Shown: positions 27,702-34,853 of the stretch, piece by piece
Position numbering within the stretch: position 1 is the stretch's first letter
How the letters are laid out: every line of letters starts with the position of its first letter
Notes under the pieces: generated by a model
Told to the model about the DNA's origin: nothing
Databases searched by the model: none
The model's input: only the letters and a program-made list of their open reading frames with translations
From: Planctomycetales bacterium
GTDB taxonomy: Bacteria; Planctomycetota; Planctomycetia; Isosphaerales; Isosphaeraceae
Reading direction: 5' to 3'
NCBI GenBank assembly: GCA_027451885.1
Contig: DAIDHX010000266.1
Span: 19,452-59,451, forward strand
Length of the DNA: 40,000 nt
Translations under genes and position numbers: made by a program

Positions 27702-29048
27702 ATGTCCAGAGCCGCGATGCAAATCCGCTCGCTGACACTTCTCGGAATCGCCACCCTGAGCGCGTTTGCAATTCCCACCCCCGCACACGCGGGCGAACCA
27801 ACCCCGAATCGCGAAGCCCGTGCCTGGTTCCAGGACGCCAGGCTCGGCCTGTTCGTGCACTGGGGTGTCTACTCCCTGCTCGAGAAAGGGGAGTGGGTCA
27901 TGGAACACGACAGGCTGCCGATCAGCGAATACGCCAAGCTCCCTCCCCGTTTCACCGCCAGCAAGTTCGACGCTCAGGCCTGGGTGGCGCTCGCAAAAGC
28001 CGCGGGCGCGCGCTATCTCACCGTCACCGCCAAGCATCACGATGGCTTCTGCATGTTCGATAGCGCACTCACCGATTACGACGTCGTCGATTCCACACCA
28101 TTTCATACCGACCCGATCAAGGCGCTCGCGGAAGCCTGCCGCCAGCAAGACGTGAAGCTCTTTCTCTACTACTCGCTGCTTGATTGGCACCACCCCGACT
28201 ACGACCCTCGCGGCAAGACCGGGCACTTCGCCGGCCGGCAGCTCAAGGGAACCTGGAAGCATTACGTCGCCTACTACCAGGGGCAGGTGCGCGAGCTCTG
28301 CACCCGGTATGGCGCGATCGGGGGCATCTGGTTCGACGGCGAGTGGGACCGCCCCGGCGCCGACTGGGACCTCGCCGGCACCTACCGCATGATCCACGAG
28401 CTCCAGCCCCACGCGCTTGTCGCCAATAACCACCACGCCGCTCCCTTGCCCGGCGAAGACTTTCAGATCTTTGAACAAGACCTCCCCGGTGAAAACAAGG
28501 CCGGATTCAACAAGGCCCGAATCCAGCCTGGATTACCTCTCGAGACCTGCCTGACCATCAACTCGTCGTGGGGCTACAACGCCGCCGATGAGAACTACAA
28601 AAGCGTTTCCGACCTCGTCCACGCGCTGGCACGCGCCTCCGGCCGAGGCGCGAACCTGCTCCTGAACGTCGGTCCGCTGCCGGACGGCAGCATCAGCGCA
28701 ACCTCGGTGACACGCCTGCGCGAGCTCGGCCAATGGCTCACCGCGCACGAGGAATCCATCCGAGGCACCCACGCCGGGCCGATCCCCGAAAAGCCCTGGG
28801 GCGTCTCGACCGCCAGGGGGCCCGTGGACCATCCGACTGCCATCTATCTGCACGTCTTCCACCCTGGCCCCGATACGCCCATCGTCCTCGATCGCAACAC
28901 CCCCTGGCAGCCCCGCCTGCTCGGCCGCTCCGTTCTGCTGGAAACCCGCGCAACAAAGTCCGGCGCGGAAATCGTGATCCCCGATGACATCCGCGACCCC
29001 ATCGACACCGTCATCATGCTCGAGCCGAAACCCGCGGCGAACCGCTAG
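27702..29048 (+). CDS. Alpha-L-fucosidase (GH29)
   Basis: ATG 27702 is preceded by AAGGAGGG, and the product begins with a signal peptide (MSRAAMQIRSLTLLGIATLSAFAIPTPAHA). GH29 core: FGLFVHWGVYS, GARYLTVTAKHHDGFCMFDS, FLYYSLLDWHHPDY, GGIWFDGEW. Confidence 0.92.
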   Translation: MSRAAMQIRSLTLLGIATLSAFAIPTPAHAGEPTPNREARAWFQDARLGLFVHWGVYSLLEKGEWVMEHDRLPISEYAKLPPRFTASKFDAQAWVALAKAAGARYLTVTAKHHDGFCMFDSALTDYDVVDSTPFHTDPIKALAEACRQQDVKLFLYYSLLDWHHPDYDPRGKTGHFAGRQLKGTWKHYVAYYQGQVRELCTRYGAIGGIWFDGEWDRPGADWDLAGTYRMIHELQPHALVANNHHAAPLPGEDFQIFEQDLPGENKAGFNKARIQPGLPLETCLTINSSWGYNAADENYKSVSDLVHALARASGRGANLLLNVGPLPDGSISATSVTRLRELGQWLTAHEESIRGTHAGPIPEKPWGVSTARGPVDHPTAIYLHVFHPGPDTPIVLDRNTPWQPRLLGRSVLLETRATKSGAEIVIPDDIRDPIDTVIMLEPKPAANR

Positions 29049-29332
29049 TCCCAGAGCTCGGCCCGTGTAAGCAGGGCATGATGCGAATCAGTCTCCATGT
29101 TCCCGCGTTATCAATGAACGCATGCTCGTTTCTATAACATAATATCCATGACCGTGATTTGTGTACGGTATTGCCTTGCGAACGATTCGCGAATGTGTTG
29201 GAGTTGAGAAAGCTGGGGCCGGGCGTACGCAAGCTCGTCCCGGTTCGCGGCAGGTCGGCGCTCCCAGCCGGCGACGATTGTCGGGCGCAGCGCGGGGGGT
29301 CGACGGCAATCCCTCTCGTCGCGAGGCGGACC

Positions 29333-31288
29333 ATGTCCCCTGCTCTCACCCCGGTTCAGGAATCTCCTGCCGAAATACAGCCAGCCGGCTTTACTCCCTC
29401 GGTCAACGATCTGGCGATCAAGGTTGGCACGGTCAATGGCTCGGGGAGCCAGTCGGCCAACCTGGCCATTCTTCGCGCCCTGTATTCCATGGGCATCCCG
29501 TGCAGCGGCAAGAACGTCTTCCCCTCGAACATCGAGGGGTTGCCGACCTGGTTCCACCTCCGGGCAAGCGCACAAGGGTACGTCGGCCACGTGCTCGACC
29601 CCAGGATCCTCATTTGCATGAACGAGGCCACTGCGCGCGACGACGTGCTCGCGCTCAGGCCAGGCGCGCTTTGCGTTTATCGCGACGACTTCGATCTCGA
29701 CCCGCGCACGCTCCGCGGCGACATCCAATTCTTCCCGGTGCCGTTCTTGAAGCTCGTGCAAGAAGCCTATCCGCCGGATAAAACCGACAAGCTGTACCGT
29801 GACAGGCTCCGCAAGGTCGTCAACATGGTCTACGTCGGGGTGCTGGCCTCGATGTGCCAAATTGAGATGGAGGCGATCGAGTGGGGCATTCGCCGCGAGT
29901 TCCCCGGGCGCAAGGCCAGGGCCGGCGAGGTGAACATCAACGCGGCCGCAGCCGGGTTTCGCTGGGCCGAGGCCAGCTTGCCCCCGGAACGACCCTACAC
30001 GGTCGCGCGAATTCCGGGCTCCTGGAACAAGATTCTGATCGAGGGCAACAAGGCCGCTGCGCTCGGCGTGCTCTTCGGCGGCGCGAGCGTGCTCACCTGG
30101 TACCCAATCACGCCTTCGAGCAGCCTGGCCGAATATGCGGAAGACTTCCTCAAACACCATCGAGTCGACGCGAACGGTAAGTGCAGCTTTGCGATTGTGC
30201 AGGCGGAGGACGAGCTGGCCGCGATCGGCATGGCCGTTGGCGCGGGCTGGGCAGGCGCCCGGGCGCTCACCGCGACCTCCGGCCCCGGCACGTCGCTCAT
30301 GGCCGAATTCGTTGGGCTCGCATACTTCGCCGAGATCCCCGTCGTCATCATCGACGTTCAGCGCATGGGGCCTTCCACTGGCCTGCCCACCCGCACCAGC
30401 CAGGGAGACGTGCTCAAGCTGCATATGCTCGGTCACGGCGATTGCAGACATCTCGTGCTCCTGCCCGGTTCCGTCGAGGAATGTTACAGCTTCACCATCG
30501 AATCGCTCGACCTGGCGCAGCGGTTCCAGACGCCCGTCTTCATGGCCAGCGACCTTGACCTGGGCATGAATCTCTGGCTCACCGACCCGTTTCGCTACCC
30601 TGACCGCCCCCTCGCACGCGGCAAGGTGCTCACGAAGGAAGATCTCGACCGCCTCGGACGTTTCGAGCGCTATCGCGACGCCGATGGCGACGGCGTTTGC
30701 GAGCGCACCTTGCCTGGCACCGAGCACCCCCTGGCCGCGTACTTCACCCGCGGCACCGGCCATAACGAAAAGTCGGGCTACAGCGAACGGCCCGACGACT
30801 GGAAACGAAACCTCGATCGGCTCGCACGCAAGCTCCAAACAGCCCGCCCGCAGCTCCCCGCTCCCGTCGTTGACGACAATCCCCACGCCAGGGTCGGGCT
30901 CATCGCGTATGGCGGCACGCACTACGCTCTCGTCGAAGCGCGTGACCTGCTCGCGGCCGAGGGAATCGAGACCAGTTACTGCCGCGTGCGCGCCTTGCCG
31001 CTCGCCGACGCCGTGTTCCAGTTCATCGAGCGCCATGAACGCGTCTACGTCGTCGAGCAAAACCGCGACGCGCAGCTCCAAACCCTGCTGCACGCGGAGC
31101 TTTGCGGGACGCTCGCGAACCGGCTGATCCCCGTCAACCACTACAACGGCACGCCCATCGCCGCCGAGAACATCGTCCGCCCAATCCTGGCACGGGAACA
31201 GAGCCCGTGCACATCCGGCTGGCCCGTCGCTGAGAGCGCTCATGAAATCGACCGTGCGCATCCTTCGTGCGAGCCCTCCACTGAATGA
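29333..31288 (+). CDS. korA: 2-oxoacid:ferredoxin (acceptor) oxidoreductase, fused gamma-alpha subunit
   Basis: N-terminal gamma-domain pattern IKVGTVNGSGSQSANLAILRALYSMGIPCSGKNVFPSNIEG, followed by alpha-domain GAALGVLFGGASVLTWYPITPSS and LTATSGPGTSLMAEF. Start at ATG 29333 (651 aa). The 722-aa minus-strand ORF opposite it is a shadow ORF. Confidence 0.9.
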   Translation: MSPALTPVQESPAEIQPAGFTPSVNDLAIKVGTVNGSGSQSANLAILRALYSMGIPCSGKNVFPSNIEGLPTWFHLRASAQGYVGHVLDPRILICMNEATARDDVLALRPGALCVYRDDFDLDPRTLRGDIQFFPVPFLKLVQEAYPPDKTDKLYRDRLRKVVNMVYVGVLASMCQIEMEAIEWGIRREFPGRKARAGEVNINAAAAGFRWAEASLPPERPYTVARIPGSWNKILIEGNKAAALGVLFGGASVLTWYPITPSSSLAEYAEDFLKHHRVDANGKCSFAIVQAEDELAAIGMAVGAGWAGARALTATSGPGTSLMAEFVGLAYFAEIPVVIIDVQRMGPSTGLPTRTSQGDVLKLHMLGHGDCRHLVLLPGSVEECYSFTIESLDLAQRFQTPVFMASDLDLGMNLWLTDPFRYPDRPLARGKVLTKEDLDRLGRFERYRDADGDGVCERTLPGTEHPLAAYFTRGTGHNEKSGYSERPDDWKRNLDRLARKLQTARPQLPAPVVDDNPHARVGLIAYGGTHYALVEARDLLAAEGIETSYCRVRALPLADAVFQFIERHERVYVVEQNRDAQLQTLLHAELCGTLANRLIPVNHYNGTPIAAENIVRPILAREQSPCTSGWPVAESAHEIDRAHPSCEPSTE

Positions 31289-31331
31289 CACACCGCACAA
31301 GCAATTCGATCACTGGTAACGCGAGGAAGCC

Positions 31332-32384
31332 ATGCCCAACCCAGCCACGATCACCGTCCACGACAACGGACACAGCTTCAACCTGCCCACGCTCGCCTTT
31401 CAGGGCCTGCCCTCCACACTCTGCAAGGGCTGCGGCCATAACAGCATCACAAGCCACCTGATCGAAGCCTGCAAGTCGCTTGCGGTGAACCCATACAAAA
31501 CGATCAAGATGTCAGGCATCGGTTGTTCGAGCAAAACGCCAGCGTACTTTCTCTCCGCCAGCCATGGCTTCAATGCGCTCCACGGCCGCATGCCTTCCGT
31601 GGCCACGGGTGCGATGCTCGCCAACCACAAGCTCCTGTGCATCGGCATCAGCGGCGACGGCGATACCGCCAATATCGGCATGGGCCAGTTTATGCACATT
31701 TGCCGCCGCAATGTGCCAATCGTTTACATCATCGAAAACAACGGTTGTTACGGGCTGACGAAGGGGCAATTCTCGGCGACCGCGGATCTGCACGCCCATC
31801 TCCGCAGGCCAGGTGGAGAAGAAAACCAGGTTCCGCCCTTCGATCTGTGCGAGCAGGCGATCACCGCGGGCGCCAGCTTCGTGGCGCGGTCGTTCGCCGG
31901 CGACAAGAAACAAATGATCGCGCTGCTCAAGGCCGCGATCGCGCATCGCGGCACGGCCGTGCTCGATGTGATTAGCCCCTGCGTCACCTTCAACGATTTC
32001 GAAGGCTCGACCAAAAGCTGGGACTGGGCCAGGGCGCATGAATCTCCCCTGCATGAGCTGGGTTTCGTACCGCGTTTGCCGGAGATCGAGGTCGAGCAGA
32101 CGCCTGGCGAGCCTGTGCGTGTGCAGCTCCACGACGGCGCATGGATCACGCTCAAGGCCCTGCGGCATGAAGAGCACAACGTCTCCAGCCGCGCCAGTGC
32201 ACTTGCGCTCCTCGAAGAAAGCCACGAGAACGGAGAGTTTGTGACAGGCCTGCTCTATCTGAACACCACGACGCCTAACTTCACCGAACGGCTCACGCTC
32301 GTCGATACACCGCTTGCGCTTCTTAGCGAGGACATGCTGCGCCCGAAGCCGGAGGTCCTCGAGAAGATCATGCAGACGCTCTAG
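31332..32384 (+). CDS. korB: 2-oxoacid:ferredoxin oxidoreductase, beta (TPP-binding) subunit
   Basis: CKGCGHNSI, the GIGCSS pattern, and the TPP-binding GDGDTANIGMGQFMH...NNGCYGLTKGQ. It lies 43 nt downstream of korA with a GAGGAAG RBS. Confidence 0.92.
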   Translation: MPNPATITVHDNGHSFNLPTLAFQGLPSTLCKGCGHNSITSHLIEACKSLAVNPYKTIKMSGIGCSSKTPAYFLSASHGFNALHGRMPSVATGAMLANHKLLCIGISGDGDTANIGMGQFMHICRRNVPIVYIIENNGCYGLTKGQFSATADLHAHLRRPGGEENQVPPFDLCEQAITAGASFVARSFAGDKKQMIALLKAAIAHRGTAVLDVISPCVTFNDFEGSTKSWDWARAHESPLHELGFVPRLPEIEVEQTPGEPVRVQLHDGAWITLKALRHEEHNVSSRASALALLEESHENGEFVTGLLYLNTTTPNFTERLTLVDTPLALLSEDMLRPKPEVLEKIMQTL

Positions 32385-32404
32385 CGCTCGCCGCGCGGTC
32401 CCGG

Positions 32405-34741
32405 TCATTTCGGATGACTGGGCACGTGATCCTTCGCCACGCGAAGGTCGCACGTGGGCGGCACGTCGAGCTTGCGGATCGGATTGGCCAGCACGCGATC
32501 GCCCTCCCGCAGACCCTCCAGAATCTCGCTGATGCCGCTCCCAGAATCGCCGAGCTTCACCGCCCGCCATTCCAGCTCGCCGTCTCCCTTCCGCACCGCG
32601 ACCTGATAACCACCACCGTCATCGCCCACTGAATCGACCGCGGTGCGCGGAACCGCGAGCGCGCGTTTCTTGCGCAGGACGATCGACGCCTGGACCTTTT
32701 GACCCGGCCGGAACTTCGCCGGCGGCTTCTCGATCGCAATCGTGGTTGAATAGAACTTTCGCTTGTCCGAAAATATGTTGGTCGGATCAGGCACTGGCGC
32801 AATCTCAGAAACATGCCCGGTCGTTCGAAAGATACCCTCCCGTTGCTGGATCTCAAGCTCCACAGCGTTCGATTCGTGAACCTGCCTAACAGCGTATTCC
32901 GGCAGCTTCACCTTCACGACCGGGGGAGCATGGTCAACATCCTGAATAAACGCGATGATCTGCCGCTCACGGACAGTCGCTCCCTGGGCGATGTTGATCT
33001 TGCTCGGCCGATCGGGATCGTTGGCGTGGACCACAATCCCATCGCCAGGGGAGGTGACCTTGCACGCCTCGACCTGAGCCAGCAGTTTCTTTTCCCGGGC
33101 GCTCTCGATTTCGAGCGCACTCTGGCGGGTGATCTCGTCCCCGCGCGCTTTTCGGACCGCTGCCTCCAGCTCCCTGATCTTCCTGGGTCGCAGAATCTTC
33201 TCGAATTCGTCCTTCTTGATCTGAGCCTGCTCGTGCGCCAGCCTGTTCAGGTCGTGTTCCTTTCGAGCCTGTTCCAGACTGGCGCCGATCTCGACCGCGG
33301 CCTTGAGCTCCGCGAGCGTGGCCTGCCGATCCCGCCCGCCAATCAATCCCTGCGCCTGGCCCTCGATTTCCGAGACACGATCGAGCCACGCCTTGCTGCT
33401 ATCCATGATCCGCCTGGCCTGCTGGGCTCGAGCATCCAGGAGATGCTGCTCGTTCCTTGCCAGCGATTCCTGATAGTCCGCCAGTGCTCGCTCGGCGGTC
33501 TCGCGCGAAAGCCGAGCGCTGGCGAACCCAGCCTCGGCGGAACGGGCCCGCGCGCTTTGGGGCGTAAGCCTTTCCCTGAGCGGCCTGGCGTCCAGCCGTG
33601 CCACCACATCACCCTGCTTCACGCGAGTCCCTTCCTCGATCAGCCAGAGGATCCGATTCGTCCCTTCGACCCCGGATTGGGCGTATCTCGTTCGCCCCGC
33701 CGCGAGGTTCCCGGTCAGGTCGAGCCGCTGTTCAAGCCCTGTCATCTCCACGGTCACAAACAGGGGAATCCCATCGGCCTGTGGGGTCTTGCCCCCCGGC
33801 TTCGCAGCCTTCGTGGTTTGCTCATCGCGCCCGGTCAGGGCTCGACCCGGCGTATGATCAGGACCAGGTTTCTGAACTCCACCGATCGCAATCAAGCCAC
33901 CCGCGCCGACGCCCACGCCGAGACAGAGGATCGATCCAGCAACTGCAATCTTGCAAAGCCTTGTGATCGTCATGGACGTGAGGACTCCTCGCGCGAGCGC
34001 GGCGGCCGCACCGCCGGCAAGCGCCTTCGCTCTCGATTGCTGGAGCATGGCCTGAACAGCCGCCTGCGCAAGCGCAACAGGCACGCTCGAGCTAGATCCA
34101 GGGGGCAGGATCAGACCCTGCCCTGGCCCCGGCTCAAAACCTCGCCGTTTCAGACGCTCGCCCAGCCGCTGCCGCGCTCGCGATAGCCGGCTCTTGACCG
34201 TCCCCATCGGCCATCCGAGATTTCGCGACGCTTGCTCATGAGAACAACCTTCAAGATCACAAAGCACCACGGCCGCGCGCAGCCGCTCGGGCAACCGCGC
34301 GATCTCCTCGTGGACGATCGCGCAAAGCTCGTCAGCCGGCTCGGCTACGGTGTCAGTGGCAATCCGAGCAGCCAGGCGCTCATGGCGCCGCCGCCTCGCC
34401 GCCGTCGTTCGTGCGTGCATCGCGGTGCGCCTCGCAACCTCGAACAGCCACGGCCCGAGCGACTCGCGCGCCCAGAGCCCTCGCGCCTTGCGCAGCAAGA
34501 TGAGAAATGTCGCCTGAAACGCATCGTGTGCGTCGGCTTCGTCGTCGAGTACACTCTTGCAAACGCGCAAAACCAGCGGCCCATGGCGCTCGACCAGAAC
34601 GCCAAAGGCCGCCTCCGCCGCGTCGCCATCCTCTTGCGAGAAACGCTCGAGAAGCTGGCCGTCGCTCAGCTCGCGCACCACCCCCACGCTGAAGAGCGTG
34701 TGGATCGGCCTCAGAACCGCGCCCCGATTCGGTTTCCCCAT
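32405..34741 (-). CDS. Fusion protein: ECF (group 4) sigma-70 factor + single TM helix + HlyD-family periplasmic adaptor (membrane fusion protein) module
   Basis: Residues ~1-200 carry sigma region 2 (DAFQATFLILLRKARGLW...WLFEVARRTA) and a region 4 HTH (LPERLRAAVVLCDLEGCSHEQASRNLGWPMGTVKSRLSRARQRL). A TM helix follows (ITRLCKIAVAGSILCLGVGVGAGGLIAIG). Then come a lipoyl half (KQGDVVARLD), a long coiled coil, SPGDGIVV, a beta-barrel, and the C-terminal VKLGDSGSGISEILEGLREGDRV. GGAG lies 9 nt upstream of ATG 34741. Confidence 0.85.
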   Translation of the reverse strand: MGKPNRGAVLRPIHTLFSVGVVRELSDGQLLERFSQEDGDAAEAAFGVLVERHGPLVLRVCKSVLDDEADAHDAFQATFLILLRKARGLWARESLGPWLFEVARRTAMHARTTAARRRRHERLAARIATDTVAEPADELCAIVHEEIARLPERLRAAVVLCDLEGCSHEQASRNLGWPMGTVKSRLSRARQRLGERLKRRGFEPGPGQGLILPPGSSSSVPVALAQAAVQAMLQQSRAKALAGGAAAALARGVLTSMTITRLCKIAVAGSILCLGVGVGAGGLIAIGGVQKPGPDHTPGRALTGRDEQTTKAAKPGGKTPQADGIPLFVTVEMTGLEQRLDLTGNLAAGRTRYAQSGVEGTNRILWLIEEGTRVKQGDVVARLDARPLRERLTPQSARARSAEAGFASARLSRETAERALADYQESLARNEQHLLDARAQQARRIMDSSKAWLDRVSEIEGQAQGLIGGRDRQATLAELKAAVEIGASLEQARKEHDLNRLAHEQAQIKKDEFEKILRPRKIRELEAAVRKARGDEITRQSALEIESAREKKLLAQVEACKVTSPGDGIVVHANDPDRPSKINIAQGATVRERQIIAFIQDVDHAPPVVKVKLPEYAVRQVHESNAVELEIQQREGIFRTTGHVSEIAPVPDPTNIFSDKRKFYSTTIAIEKPPAKFRPGQKVQASIVLRKKRALAVPRTAVDSVGDDGGGYQVAVRKGDGELEWRAVKLGDSGSGISEILEGLREGDRVLANPIRKLDVPPTCDLRVAKDHVPSHPK

Positions 34742-34782
34742 CGCGTTGCTCCGCCGCTATTCGCCCTTGTGCCTCAAACGAC

Positions 34783-34823
34783 GGATAATGCCGCGCAGAG
34801 CCCCAGCGGTTCCAATTTTTTTT
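34783..34823 (-). promoter_or_regulatory. Candidate ECF-type (autoregulatory?) promoter upstream of the first sigma-HlyD gene
   Basis: Minus-strand reading: AAAAAAAATTGGAAC-N12-GCGCGGCATTATCC. The TGGAAC (34814-34809) and the 14-mer (34796-34783) are identical and identically spaced at 37143-37179, upstream of the paralog. GGAAC is the classical ECF -35 core. Confidence 0.45.
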
Positions 34824-34853
34824 GCAAGCAAGCCAAAATCATCGCTGGCAGCT

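Noticed and set aside
27525-28478. The N-terminal ~318 aa of the 823-aa minus-strand ORF 26007..28478
   Set aside because: This part lies antisense to the well-supported GH29 fucosidase gene (27702..29048). It has no recognisable motifs and a Gly/Val/Ala/Arg-rich composition typical of a shadow ORF. Only the TPR-containing part from ATG 27524 or 27545 downward is credible.
29132-31300. 722-aa minus-strand ORF opposite korA
   Set aside because: It is a full-length antisense shadow of a strongly recognisable KorA sequence. Long stop-free antisense frames are expected at this G+C level. It shows no family features.
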